A stretch of 64,000 bases of DNA, from assembly GCA_048886685.1 (NCBI GenBank), contig JBHLKM010000007.1, positions 1-64,000 of the forward strand, given 5' to 3'. Shown here piece by piece: positions 9,542-19,738 of the stretch. The DNA is from Candidatus Hodarchaeota archaeon. Its GTDB lineage: Archaea; Asgardarchaeota; Lokiarchaeia; Sigyniarchaeales; SOKP01. Below the pieces are notes generated by a model. It was given only the letters and a program-made list of their open reading frames with translations. It did not search any database and was not told where the DNA came from. Both the position numbers and the translations under genes were made by a program. Each line of letters opens with the position of its first letter. Position 1 is the stretch's first letter.

Positions 9542-9923
9542 TTCTATATCTTTTTGGATTTCTATTTCTTCTATTTCAATATTCTTATCTTGAGAAGTTT
9601 TTGAAATTTTAAATAATCAACTCATCTATTAAATTAATTTTATTGTTCACTATAGTGATATAACACTTTAAGAAAAAAAATTTATCTATGATATTTTTTA
9701 ACTTGTAAGAATCTAAGAAATGAAAGTTTTAAACTATTAGTTCAGTCATTGTAAATAACATTTTTGTAAATAGTTAACCATAAATATGAAAATTTCTGTA
9801 CTTGATTTGCAAATAAATTTTATTTTGTTTTGATATTATAAATAAGTTTAGGTTGAGTGTAGAAGCAGTAAAATCTTGCTTTAAGGGGTTACTAGATTTT
9901 ATATCAGATGGGAGGCGTTCCAA

Positions 9924-10304
9924 ATAATAAAAATTTTCATTGCTGAGGATGACAGGGATCTTCAAAGGTTGTATGAATTACTTCTTGAAATATCTGGATT
10001 TCAGGTAATGGGTATCGCAAATAATGGTGTTGAAGCGATTGAAATGTTTATAAAATTTAATGAAAAACCTGATATTATTATTTTAGATTATCGAATGCCC
10101 ATAAAGGATGGAATTGATGCTTTAAAAGCAATTTTAGAAATTGATAAAACCTCAAAGATTATCTTTGCAAGTGCAGATATGACTATAAAAGAGAAGGTTT
10201 ATCTTCAAGGAGCTATAGGTTTTTTAGATAAACCCTTTACACATAAGAAATTAATAAGTACATTAAATAATTGTTTAAATATGTCAAGACCGATTAACAT
10301 TTAA
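9924..10304 (+). CDS. Single-domain response regulator (CheY-like REC); probable ATA start at 9924
   Basis: IKIFIAEDD acidic pocket lies upstream of the TTG in the ORF track; phosphoacceptor ILDYRMP, KPF; SD GGGAGG at 9910-9915. Confidence 0.88.
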   Translation: MIKIFIAEDDRDLQRLYELLLEISGFQVMGIANNGVEAIEMFIKFNEKPDIIILDYRMPIKDGIDALKAILEIDKTSKIIFASADMTIKEKVYLQGAIGFLDKPFTHKKLISTLNNCLNMSRPINI

Positions 10305-10369
10305 TATTATTAGATTTTGAGCTCTAAAAATAAGTTTCTTTTGATGAACCTATGTAATATTTCTTTCAC

Positions 10370-10900
10370 TTATGAATAATAATCGTAACTTGTTTGATCA
10401 AAATCATAAATATATTCTATTGGAATGCCATCAGGTTTAAGATCTGGAGGAGCATAAATTAACCTTAAATTAGGAAAGAATGTTCCTATACCCTTCCTTG
10501 CGAGCAAAACTGCAGGATGATCTGCATCCTTAAATATTTCTTCGCTTATTCTCAATGTAATATCCCTACACTGCCTTTCATTTAATACGCCTAAAGAATG
10601 CACATATTCATGTAAAAGAATATGGTAGGTGTAAGCCCAAACAATTTGATAGGGTTGTTGATCTAGGAGTATTTTTAAAGGTGTTTTATTCATGACAATA
10701 TCAGTTCCTGGAGAGAAATGCATACCACCTATAAAAGCACCTCTATACATTCCCATTTCGACCAATCCTAAAGTAAGACCTGCTCTTTGTCGACCAGTTA
10801 CTCTTCGAACGTCTTTCTTTACTCGCTCGAAAATTTCTGGCATTTCTTTTTTCAACTCTTCAAAATCTATTTTAAATACCTCACTATATCTTATATCCAT
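10370..10900 (-). CDS. Zincin-type (HExxH) putative metalloprotease
   Basis: LLHEYVHSLG motif; 9 bp downstream of the ArsR-family gene. Confidence 0.7.
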   Translation of the reverse strand: MDIRYSEVFKIDFEELKKEMPEIFERVKKDVRRVTGRQRAGLTLGLVEMGMYRGAFIGGMHFSPGTDIVMNKTPLKILLDQQPYQIVWAYTYHILLHEYVHSLGVLNERQCRDITLRISEEIFKDADHPAVLLARKGIGTFFPNLRLIYAPPDLKPDGIPIEYIYDFDQTSYDYYS

Positions 10901-10909
10901 ATATCATTA

Positions 10910-11695
10910 CTATATATCAAAAAACCAATCATCTTCGTCTTCTTTTAGAAAATCCATCATGCTGGTTAAATCTTTAAGTAAGTGCCGAATATTTACTTTT
11001 GTCATATCTCTACGGATTGGTCCCATCTCAGAAAAGAACATATCATCCACTAATTTATCGATATTAATCCTTTTGAAATATTTAGCTGGATTGTAAAAAA
11101 GTGTATAAAATATTTCTTTTTCCAGATTAGGTTGTTCTTTAGTTTTGAGATTATCTTCGTATAGTTCAGTCATTAAGCTTTTAAGCTCAACTATAAAGCA
11201 TTCTTTATCGCGTAATAAAGCATTTCTTTCCTTTTCTAAAATATTTGTTTTCTGCTCTATTTCTCTTATTTTTTCCCCTAAAAATCTGAATTTTTGATCA
11301 GGACTTTTAATTTTTTGATAATCAACATGAAAACCTGTATTTCTGAGTTCTAAATTTTCTCTTGTATCATCAATTTTGGATACATTATAGTTTATATTAT
11401 AGTAATCTGGTGTGACATTGATTCTTAAAGATAGATTACTCTTAATTCGATATTTAATATTTCTTGGATCCTCACCATAACTTTCTATTATACCATAATC
11501 TGAGAGCATTTTAAGTTGAGAGTGAATTGCCTGTCTTGAAATCTTTTTCCCAAATGAAGCCGCTAACTCCGAAGCTCCAAGAGGGACTTTTGCTAACTTC
11601 GATAAAATAATCCTCCGTGTTGGATTACCTAATATTTCAAGTAAATTATCTAAACTAAGGAATAAACCCCTTTCTTTTTGTTCTTCTAATTCCAA
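10910..11695 (-). CDS. ArsR-family wHTH regulator with coiled coil (HSR1/Phr-like heat-shock regulator)
   Basis: LGNPTRRIILSKL...ISRQAIHSQLKML..YGII HTH; in an operon with hsp20 and cdc48. Confidence 0.8.
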   Translation of the reverse strand: MELEEQKERGLFLSLDNLLEILGNPTRRIILSKLAKVPLGASELAASFGKKISRQAIHSQLKMLSDYGIIESYGEDPRNIKYRIKSNLSLRINVTPDYYNINYNVSKIDDTRENLELRNTGFHVDYQKIKSPDQKFRFLGEKIREIEQKTNILEKERNALLRDKECFIVELKSLMTELYEDNLKTKEQPNLEKEIFYTLFYNPAKYFKRINIDKLVDDMFFSEMGPIRRDMTKVNIRHLLKDLTSMMDFLKEDEDDWFFDI

Positions 11696-11745
11696 CAGGA
11701 TTACACCTCTTTTTTTATTTTTAATTTCACATTTATTTACTTTTT

Positions 11746-13971
11746 TTATCTATACAATTCTTCGGAAGGTTCTTTAGAATACATTTCATGAGATTTTTTC
11801 GCTTTATCAGCAGATTTTAAAACTTTTTCCAGAGCATCATCGAATTCCGCTCGAGAGATTTTCACTTTTCTTACGGAATCAGCATCTTTAGTATTTACAC
11901 TCGAATCTGATACTGCCTTACGAATAGTGAGAAGTGTTGCTTCTTCACATATTGCTTGAATGTCAGCCCCAGTATAACCTTCTAAATCATGTGCTAATTG
12001 ATTGATATTCACATCAGATGCTAGTGGTTTGTTTCTAAGATGAATCTTAAATATCTCTATTCGCGCATCTTTATCTGGCATAGGTATATCTATATGTCTT
12101 CCAAACCTTCCTGAACGTAAAAGAGCAGGATCAAGCATATCAGGTCTATTAGTTGCTGCGAGTAAGATTACATCTTTTAATCCTTCTAGACCATCCATTT
12201 CTGTTAGTAACTGTGATACAACTTGCTCAGTAACTTGAGAGCTCGCAAATCGTCCACGTATTCCAGCGATTGCATCGATTTCATCAAAAAATATGATACA
12301 GGGTGCTGCAGCTCTCGCTTTTCGAAACGTTTCTCTAACAGCTTTTTCACTTTCACCAACCCATTTTGATAAAAACTCTGGACCTTTAACAGAAATGAAA
12401 TTTACCTCACTTTCATGAGCTAATGCTTTAGCCAATAATGTCTTTCCTGTTCCAGGAGGTCCAAATAAAAGGATACCATTTGGAGGTTTTGAATTCAAGT
12501 GGGAATATAATTCTGGATATTTCAATGGCCATTCGATAATCTCTCTTAGCTGTTGTTTAGCATCTTCTAACCCACCTATGTCTTCCCATGTCTCGGTAGG
12601 TTGACTTATTAATACTTCTCTTAAAGCTGAAGGTTCAATGCTGTTTAAGGCAGATTGAAAGTTTTTCATATTAATTTGGAGATCTATTAAGATTTCAGGT
12701 GGAATTGGTTTATCTAAATCAATTTTTGGAAGGATTTCTCTTATTGCCAACATAGCTGCTTCTTTTGCTAACGCTTCTACATCTGCACCAACAAAACCGT
12801 GCGTTTTTTCTGCCATAAGTCGTAGATCAACATCGTTATGTAAGGGCATACCACGAGTATGAATTAATAAGATTTCATACCTACCATCTGTATCTGGAAC
12901 TCCAATTTCAATTTCTCTATCAAACCTACCAGGCCGTCGAAGTGCCGGATCAATATCATTTACTCGGTTTGTTGCTCCAATAACTATAATTTCTCCTCTT
13001 CCTTCTAGCCCATCTAATAATGAAAGTAATTGAGCCACGACTCTCCTTTCCACCTCACCAGTGACTTCTCCTCTTTTAGGCGCAATTGAATCAAGCTCAT
13101 CGATAAAAATTATTGAGGGAGCCATATCTTTTGCTTCTTCAAACAATTTTCTTAAATTTTCTTCACTTTGACCATAGAATTTACTCATAATTTCAGGTCC
13201 ACTTATTGTTATAAAATGTGCTTCAGTTTCATATGCGACTGCTCTTGCGAGTAAAGTTTTTCCTGTACCAGGTGGACCATGAAGTAAAACTCCTTTTGGG
13301 GGATCAATTCCTATCCGTTTAAATAATTCAGGATGTCTTATGGGTAATTCAATCATTTCACGTATTTTTTGAATTTCTTCCTCTAAACCACCAATATCTT
13401 CATAAGTAACTCTTCTAGTTTCTAATTCTATCAATTCCTTGTGAGTCTTCTCAGATATCGTAATTTTTGTATCTAAATGGATTCTGACAGCAGCAGCTTT
13501 AGGAAAGAAGTCAACAACTATAAAATCGATCCTTCTACCCATTGCATTAAAACTTAATATATCACCCTTGGTAATAACACGATTTTCTAGCATTCGAACT
13601 AATTGTTCAGATCTTCTTAAGATGACAGATTCCTCCACCCCAGCAAACGTTATTCTATCGGCTAAACTAGCATCAATTTTCTGTATTTCTACGATATCAT
13701 CTAAAGATGCAAGTAAATTTCTTCTTAATGAAGAATCTATTCGGATTGTATTAGTACCTCTATCTTCATCTTTTCCAGGGTATAATAGCGCGGCAGTTTT
13801 TTTTCCAGCCATAGGATGAGCAATTTCAATAACATCTCCAGTTTTAAGGTTCATTTCTTCTATTACATTGGGATCAATCCTTATTCTTCCTCTCCCCGCA
13901 TCACCCTTATATGCATCCCAGATTCTTACTTTTCTTCCATTTCCCTTATATTCACGAGTAATCCCGCTCAT
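11746..13971 (-). CDS. cdc48: CDC48/VCP AAA+ ATPase
   Basis: N domain, two AAA modules (GPPGTGKT twice, IFIDELD/IFFDEID, RPGRFDR), C-terminal HbYX-like LYR. Confidence 0.96.
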   Translation of the reverse strand: MSGITREYKGNGRKVRIWDAYKGDAGRGRIRIDPNVIEEMNLKTGDVIEIAHPMAGKKTAALLYPGKDEDRGTNTIRIDSSLRRNLLASLDDIVEIQKIDASLADRITFAGVEESVILRRSEQLVRMLENRVITKGDILSFNAMGRRIDFIVVDFFPKAAAVRIHLDTKITISEKTHKELIELETRRVTYEDIGGLEEEIQKIREMIELPIRHPELFKRIGIDPPKGVLLHGPPGTGKTLLARAVAYETEAHFITISGPEIMSKFYGQSEENLRKLFEEAKDMAPSIIFIDELDSIAPKRGEVTGEVERRVVAQLLSLLDGLEGRGEIIVIGATNRVNDIDPALRRPGRFDREIEIGVPDTDGRYEILLIHTRGMPLHNDVDLRLMAEKTHGFVGADVEALAKEAAMLAIREILPKIDLDKPIPPEILIDLQINMKNFQSALNSIEPSALREVLISQPTETWEDIGGLEDAKQQLREIIEWPLKYPELYSHLNSKPPNGILLFGPPGTGKTLLAKALAHESEVNFISVKGPEFLSKWVGESEKAVRETFRKARAAAPCIIFFDEIDAIAGIRGRFASSQVTEQVVSQLLTEMDGLEGLKDVILLAATNRPDMLDPALLRSGRFGRHIDIPMPDKDARIEIFKIHLRNKPLASDVNINQLAHDLEGYTGADIQAICEEATLLTIRKAVSDSSVNTKDADSVRKVKISRAEFDDALEKVLKSADKAKKSHEMYSKEPSEELYR

Positions 13972-14033
13972 TTTTACATCATCATTTCATTTTTTAATTT
14001 TATCTATATTTCAAATATAATTATTGAAAAAAA

Positions 14034-14657
14034 TTATTTAACTGCTTCTCTTACCTTTATTACTGCTATGCCATTATTTACTTCCATTTCACATTCCATT
14101 AATGAAGATTTAAACGGTAAAGGTATCGATTTCATGAATGAACGTTTCCCATTTTCTGCTGTAAATACTAATTTTCTTCCCCTATCCTCAAATTCAATCT
14201 TGACATTATCTTTAGCCATCCCTGGAATTTCAATCAATATTTCTGAAAGTCCTTCATTGTCGCATATTTCGGTATATGGTTCTATAATATGAGTCTCAAA
14301 ATCACCTTCCTTAAGCTGAGTTGTCTCTAAGGACAATTTGCTTGCATCAATTTCTTTTTTAGATTGTGAATTATATAAATCTTGTAATTTAGGATCCTTG
14401 GACAAATCAACATTTTTTAGGTACTCATGAATATTTTTATCTTCAAGATTCCCTTCAATTTTTATTTCTGGTTTGTCCATTCCTGACTCGAAATGGTATG
14501 ATATTTTAAATCCTTTTACTCTCTCATCATTGGGCCTTTTTCCTAAATTAATTTCTGATTCTGGAATAAATAAAAAATCTACATCAAACATATCAGAGTT
14601 TAATTTAAAATACTTCCTTATTTTATTAATAAAATCTTCAAAATCATCCCTCATCAA
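14034..14657 (-). CDS. Small heat-shock protein (Hsp20/alpha-crystallin)
   Basis: EP..E......I.IEIPG..K..V...NNGI..I alpha-crystallin pattern; first gene of the cdc48 operon. Confidence 0.8.
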   Translation of the reverse strand: MMRDDFEDFINKIRKYFKLNSDMFDVDFLFIPESEINLGKRPNDERVKGFKISYHFESGMDKPEIKIEGNLEDKNIHEYLKNVDLSKDPKLQDLYNSQSKKEIDASKLSLETTQLKEGDFETHIIEPYTEICDNEGLSEILIEIPGMAKDNVKIEFEDRGRKLVFTAENGKRSFMKSIPLPFKSSLMECEMEVNNGIAVIKVREAVK

Positions 14658-14681
14658 TTACCACCTTAATTTTTATTTTAC

Positions 14682-14698
14682 GTCAATTTTTTCTTGAC
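14682..14698. promoter_or_regulatory. Candidate operator GTCAA-N7-TTGAC of the heat-shock operon
   Basis: Inverted repeat between the minus-strand TATA (TTTTTATA near 14727-14734) and the hsp20 SD. Confidence 0.45.
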
Positions 14699-14786
14699 AA
14701 CCACATATCTACAATAACATTTGATCTATAAAAACCTATCGATTCTGAAAAATAAAGAAGGATGGCACCGGATTTTAGTTTCATTA

Positions 14787-16739
14787 TTACGGATAATATT
14801 TGTTTAATAAATTGTCTATTTTATTTTTATCTAAGTTAAAGAGCAAGAAAAATAGAGTGTCAATTATTTTTTTTAAATCAGTCTTATCATTTTTTTCAAA
14901 AGCATTAATTAATTCTTCTTTAAATTGGTAATTTATCTGAGAGGAGTAAAAACCAATAGAGCTCAGTTTGCCTAATAAAGCTTCTAATCTTTTTTTGAAT
15001 TGATTATTTTTAGAGTTATTAACGATTCGAAAAGTAAGAAGTTTTATTAGATCTATAATAACGCATTTATCTTCAGTTTTAAAATTCTCCAGATGTGGTA
15101 TTGGTAATCCATGTTCAAGTTTTGTCTTACTTCTTTTAATGTGAATGTTTTTAGCTTTAAATAAAAAAGAAACAAGTTTAGAATTTAAATAAGCAATAAT
15201 GAACAAGTAATCAATTGCTTTAGCTGCTAATGACCATAGAAAATAGGTATCAGATGTAGCATAGTAAGGATCGGTGGAATAACCGAAAATATTTTCATTT
15301 GAAATATATTTTAAGAAGATTTTTGGGCTCCCATCATAAAAAGGTTCGAGATCAACTAAGTTTTCTTTTCCATCTTCCTCTAATTTTCGTATAAAAGAAC
15401 CTCTTCTTGGATAATAAAAATTTTCGGGATTTTCTTTTGCATTTATCAAAATCTCTCGTAATTTCGTCTCATATTGCTTCAAATATCTGGAAAGAGTGGG
15501 GTATTTCTGCTCAAGCGACCTATTACGCTCGATAGGATTTTGGTTTATAAATTCATTCTTATTAAAATAGATAATATAACTAATGTTATCTTCAGAATTA
15601 TACCCATATTGTTGAATCGATTTGCTTTTGTATACTTTCTTAAGCCGTGATTGCTCGCTTTCACTAAGTTTAGTATAATCTCCGTTAACTTTAAGAAACC
15701 ATTTGTCATTTTCAATTTTTAATTCTTTTCCTTTTTTCAAGATAAAGATATTATCATTGATTAAGATTAAGCCATTGCGCATAATGAAAAAATCTTTTAA
15801 TCTCAAGATTTTTCCATTGGATTTACAATATGTCTCAACTTTATGTACCACACTTTTAACTTCTTGTGGATAGATTAAATTCCAGCTTTTATCATGACTC
15901 AAATCCCTATTAGATAAAGCAGAATTATATCTTCTAATAAACGATGAAACATTATTGCGTATTAAATCTTCAAAGATTTTTTGATTAAATAACTCATGTG
16001 ATCTTTTAGTTCTATTATCTCCTACAATTTGGATTATTTGAATGTCTATGTTTTTTTTCTCCAGTTTTTCTTCTTCAGTTTTTTTCTGTAAAACAAAAAT
16101 ACAATTATGTTGTCCTCTTGCTCCCTCAAATATTTGTAAACGTGTTAGATCAATATATTGAAGAAAGAAGCATTCATTTATTATGTGAGGTTTCAATAAT
16201 TTTATCCCTGTTTTTTGGGATTTCGTAATCCAATAATTTGTGGTAATATAAGAGATAATTCCCCCTGGATTCAGTTTTTCTATGCCTATATGAAGGAAAT
16301 AATAAAATAAATCCATGTTTCCTACAAAATATTTTGCACAAATCGGGTATTTTGATACATAATCTTGAAAAACATCAGCATTATAGTTTTGACCTAAGTA
16401 AGGTGGATTTCCAATTATTATGTCAAATTTTTCACTTTTTTCTGATCCTAAAAAATTATCAAACTTAAAATTAACTTTTGGAAAGGAGTTTAAAAGGAAA
16501 TGTTTAAGGGTTAAATCCATTTCATAGGCAAAAATATTTGAAAACTCATTTTGGATAAGGTATTTTAAAAAAACTCCTTCTCCTACTGCTGGTTCTAAGA
16601 CTTTTAAAGCATGAGTGTAATTTTTGTTATTTTTAATAAAACTAATAACATTTTTTACCATAAATTCTGCGACATAATCTGGAGTAAAAACTTGACCTAT
16701 GGTGCTATTTCTAGGGATCCTATTATTTTTAGATACCAT
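14787..16739 (-). CDS. Orphan N6-adenine DNA methyltransferase (TaqI/Eco57I-like, gamma order)
   Basis: GQVFTP, VLEPAVGEGVF motif I, IIGNPPY motif IV, long target-recognition region; no adjacent nuclease. Confidence 0.88.
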   Translation of the reverse strand: MVSKNNRIPRNSTIGQVFTPDYVAEFMVKNVISFIKNNKNYTHALKVLEPAVGEGVFLKYLIQNEFSNIFAYEMDLTLKHFLLNSFPKVNFKFDNFLGSEKSEKFDIIIGNPPYLGQNYNADVFQDYVSKYPICAKYFVGNMDLFYYFLHIGIEKLNPGGIISYITTNYWITKSQKTGIKLLKPHIINECFFLQYIDLTRLQIFEGARGQHNCIFVLQKKTEEEKLEKKNIDIQIIQIVGDNRTKRSHELFNQKIFEDLIRNNVSSFIRRYNSALSNRDLSHDKSWNLIYPQEVKSVVHKVETYCKSNGKILRLKDFFIMRNGLILINDNIFILKKGKELKIENDKWFLKVNGDYTKLSESEQSRLKKVYKSKSIQQYGYNSEDNISYIIYFNKNEFINQNPIERNRSLEQKYPTLSRYLKQYETKLREILINAKENPENFYYPRRGSFIRKLEEDGKENLVDLEPFYDGSPKIFLKYISNENIFGYSTDPYYATSDTYFLWSLAAKAIDYLFIIAYLNSKLVSFLFKAKNIHIKRSKTKLEHGLPIPHLENFKTEDKCVIIDLIKLLTFRIVNNSKNNQFKKRLEALLGKLSSIGFYSSQINYQFKEELINAFEKNDKTDLKKIIDTLFFLLFNLDKNKIDNLLNKYYP

Positions 16740-16827
16740 CTGATCATAATATTGATTTAAGCCTCTATAAAATTGATGGTAACAATTATTCTCTAAATAT
16801 TAAAAATAATGAGTATGAGGATTTACA

Positions 16828-17970
16828 TTAGATTGCTTCAGGTATTAAAACTATAAAATTACTCCCCTTTCTATAATCCCCTTTTATTCTATCTTCTACC
16901 CAAATTTTTCCGTTGTAACGATCGATTGTTTTTTTCACCAGTGATAATCCAAGCCCCATGCCACCATTAGAAGATTTTTCTTTGGATCCCCTTTGAAAAA
17001 TATGTTTTTTCCTAACATCTTCAATTCCGTCCCCATTATCAATAAATTCTACTTTAAGGTATCTAATTCCTTCAATCTCTTCCTTAGAAATTTTGATTTC
17101 AATATTCACATTTACATTACTATTATGCCTTACTGCATTGAGTAATATGTTTTCAAAGACATCTAATAACAATTCATTAGCATGAGCAATGTAATCTACT
17201 TTATTATAGGAATATTTAAAATTAATTTTTCTAGTCTGAAAACTCTGGTAAAGGAATTTTTCCGACTCCTTTAAAATGGAGTTTACTTTTATTGGCTTTA
17301 ATTTAAATTCTGATTCTTGAATTGTGGATAATTTACGAACGTTATTTATTAATTTAGATCCTCTAGCTACTTGTTCTTTAATGATGCTATACAGTTCTTT
17401 AACAATACTGAATTTTTCTGGATTTTTAATATATAGGGAACTTAATTCTAATGAGGATTGTACATTTTGTAAGATGTTATTAATATCATGAGCAAAAATT
17501 TCTTTATATAGTTTAGCTTGACCAAATGCATCTCGATATTTCTTTTCAGATTCTTTTAGTGCTTCTTCTGCTTTTTTCCGCTCAGTGATATCTCTGCTAA
17601 TTCCAAATAAAACATTCCTATTTCCCCATTTTCCTCTCGTTACTTTGGTTTCTACAGGAATAAGGTCTCCATCTTTAGTAAGTAAAGGTATGGGACATGT
17701 CTCTCGCTTACCCTCGATCATTTCTTTTATTATCATAGCAGCTTCTTCACGCTGATCAGGGGGATGGACCTTTAAAGCGCTTTTCCCAATTAAATCCTCT
17801 TTAGAATAATTTAATCTTTTTAATACAATTGAATTAACATGAAGTATTCGAGATTCAAAATCTAATACAAAAATTAAATCTTCCATTGAATTAAAAAGAT
17901 TTTGGAGATTATTTTTTGTAGTTTCTATTATATTTGAAGGTAAAATCTCACCTTCAATATCAAATTCCAT
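16828..17970 (-). CDS. PAS sensor histidine kinase
   Basis: PAS/PAC, AHDINNILQ H-box, ENILLNAVRH N-box, DNGDGI and GMGLGL G-boxes. Confidence 0.92.
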   Translation of the reverse strand: MEFDIEGEILPSNIIETTKNNLQNLFNSMEDLIFVLDFESRILHVNSIVLKRLNYSKEDLIGKSALKVHPPDQREEAAMIIKEMIEGKRETCPIPLLTKDGDLIPVETKVTRGKWGNRNVLFGISRDITERKKAEEALKESEKKYRDAFGQAKLYKEIFAHDINNILQNVQSSLELSSLYIKNPEKFSIVKELYSIIKEQVARGSKLINNVRKLSTIQESEFKLKPIKVNSILKESEKFLYQSFQTRKINFKYSYNKVDYIAHANELLLDVFENILLNAVRHNSNVNVNIEIKISKEEIEGIRYLKVEFIDNGDGIEDVRKKHIFQRGSKEKSSNGGMGLGLSLVKKTIDRYNGKIWVEDRIKGDYRKGSNFIVLIPEAI

Positions 17971-18109
17971 GGAAACACCATTTATTGTTTTCTACAAATA
18001 AGTTAATTAAATGATAAGGATTATTTATTTAAGATTGAGTTTTTACAAAACTTTAAAAAGAATATTAAGAGATCTAGAAGAAAAGGTAAAATAAGCCTAT
18101 TTTCTAGTT

Positions 18110-19633
18110 TTAATCATGATGATGCTCATGATGCTCCATTTTAATATTAATTGGTTTCAAGTTACCTATTGCCCACCCTGTAACTTCATTCAGGGAAGGA
18201 TGAATAACCATCGAATTATATATAGGCATAAATGAGCCTGCTTCTGGACATGCTCTTTCTAATTTAGGAATATTGCTTTCAACATGAGATTCTGGTAATG
18301 TACAAGTAAAACCAGAATTCATTAAATATACAAAAGGTTGAACCAAAATAGCGGCATTCGGTCCTACAACGTGAGCACCTAATATTTTATACGATTTATC
18401 AACGATTAATTTAAAAAATCCATTATCCACATCATCGTTCTCAAAGCCCATAGCAAAACCTTTTGCAACAGTGGAGTAATTTTTCATCGCAACATAAATC
18501 TCATGTCCTTTTTCAATCGCTTCTGCTTGAGTCATCCCAACATGTCCTACTTGGGGATATGTAAAGATTGCCCATGGCACCGCAGAATAATCTACAGATC
18601 TCTTTTGCTCTTCGGGTCCAAATATATTATTAACACAAATTTCTGCTTCATAATTTGCTTTATGGCGGAACTGATAAAGTCCATTAGCGTCTCCTATACA
18701 CCAAATGTTTTTTTTATTCGTTTCTAGGTATTGATTAGTTTTTACCCATCCTTTTTCATCAGTTACAACTCCAGTTCTCTCTACCTTTAATAAATCTGCA
18801 TTGGAGCGACGCCCAGTAGCAATTAAGATCTCTTCTGCCGATACTTCAATTTCTTTACCAGTTTGCATATTTTGGGCGATAATTGTTTTCAATTTCTTTT
18901 TTCCTTTTGCTTTGATAGCCTTATGATTCGTATATAATGCCATGTATTTCTTAAAGTTTTGTTCTAAAAATCGGCTTATTTCTGGTTCTTCAGTTGGTAT
19001 TAATCGAGGGAGCATCTCTAGTATTATTACTTCTGTTCCCATCGCTGAGAAAATATGAGCAAACTCGGCGGCTATTACTCCACCTCCAATTATTATCAAA
19101 CTTTTCCAAGGTTGTTTTGGGAATTTATCACCGAAAAAACTTCTATTAGTTATATATCCAACCTCTTCCAAACCTTCAATTGGTGGTATAAAAGAACGGG
19201 CTCCTGATGCAATAACAAACCTCTCTCCTTTAAATCTCCCTAACGTTTCCTTTCCATTAATAGATTTGACTTCCATTTCATATTCTCCAACAAATTCACC
19301 AATGCCTTTGCATAAAGTAAGATTTGATAATTGAGATAAACCTTCCTCAATTTGCTTGCTTTCATCAATTTGCGACCACATTCTTTTTGAGATTAATTCC
19401 CAATCAATCTTTTCGATATTGAAATGGATTCCAACTTTGCTTGCATGTTGAGCCTCTCGAATTAAATCCGCAGGATGAACCAATACTTTTGAGGGAATAC
19501 ATCCTCTAGTCAAACAAGTAGCTCCCAATTTTGTATCTTCAATAAGAGCACATTTCATTCCTACTTGAAGCCCAACATTTAAAACATTTAATCCTGCGCC
19601 ACTTCCAATAACTACTAAGTCATATGTTTCCAT
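18110..19633 (-). CDS. Dihydrolipoamide dehydrogenase / mycothione reductase-like flavoprotein disulfide reductase with His-rich tail
   Basis: GSGAG, TCLTRGCIPSK redox disulfide, GGGVIAAE, HPSLNE; ends EHHEHHHD. Confidence 0.88.
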   Translation of the reverse strand: METYDLVVIGSGAGLNVLNVGLQVGMKCALIEDTKLGATCLTRGCIPSKVLVHPADLIREAQHASKVGIHFNIEKIDWELISKRMWSQIDESKQIEEGLSQLSNLTLCKGIGEFVGEYEMEVKSINGKETLGRFKGERFVIASGARSFIPPIEGLEEVGYITNRSFFGDKFPKQPWKSLIIIGGGVIAAEFAHIFSAMGTEVIILEMLPRLIPTEEPEISRFLEQNFKKYMALYTNHKAIKAKGKKKLKTIIAQNMQTGKEIEVSAEEILIATGRRSNADLLKVERTGVVTDEKGWVKTNQYLETNKKNIWCIGDANGLYQFRHKANYEAEICVNNIFGPEEQKRSVDYSAVPWAIFTYPQVGHVGMTQAEAIEKGHEIYVAMKNYSTVAKGFAMGFENDDVDNGFFKLIVDKSYKILGAHVVGPNAAILVQPFVYLMNSGFTCTLPESHVESNIPKLERACPEAGSFMPIYNSMVIHPSLNEVTGWAIGNLKPINIKMEHHEHHHD

Positions 19634-19738
19634 AATTTCATTTTTATCTATATCACTTTTAAATTTTATATTAATAATTTAAATAAATACAGTAAGGGTG
19701 AATAGTCTAAATCAAGATGAAAAAGTGAAATTATACTT

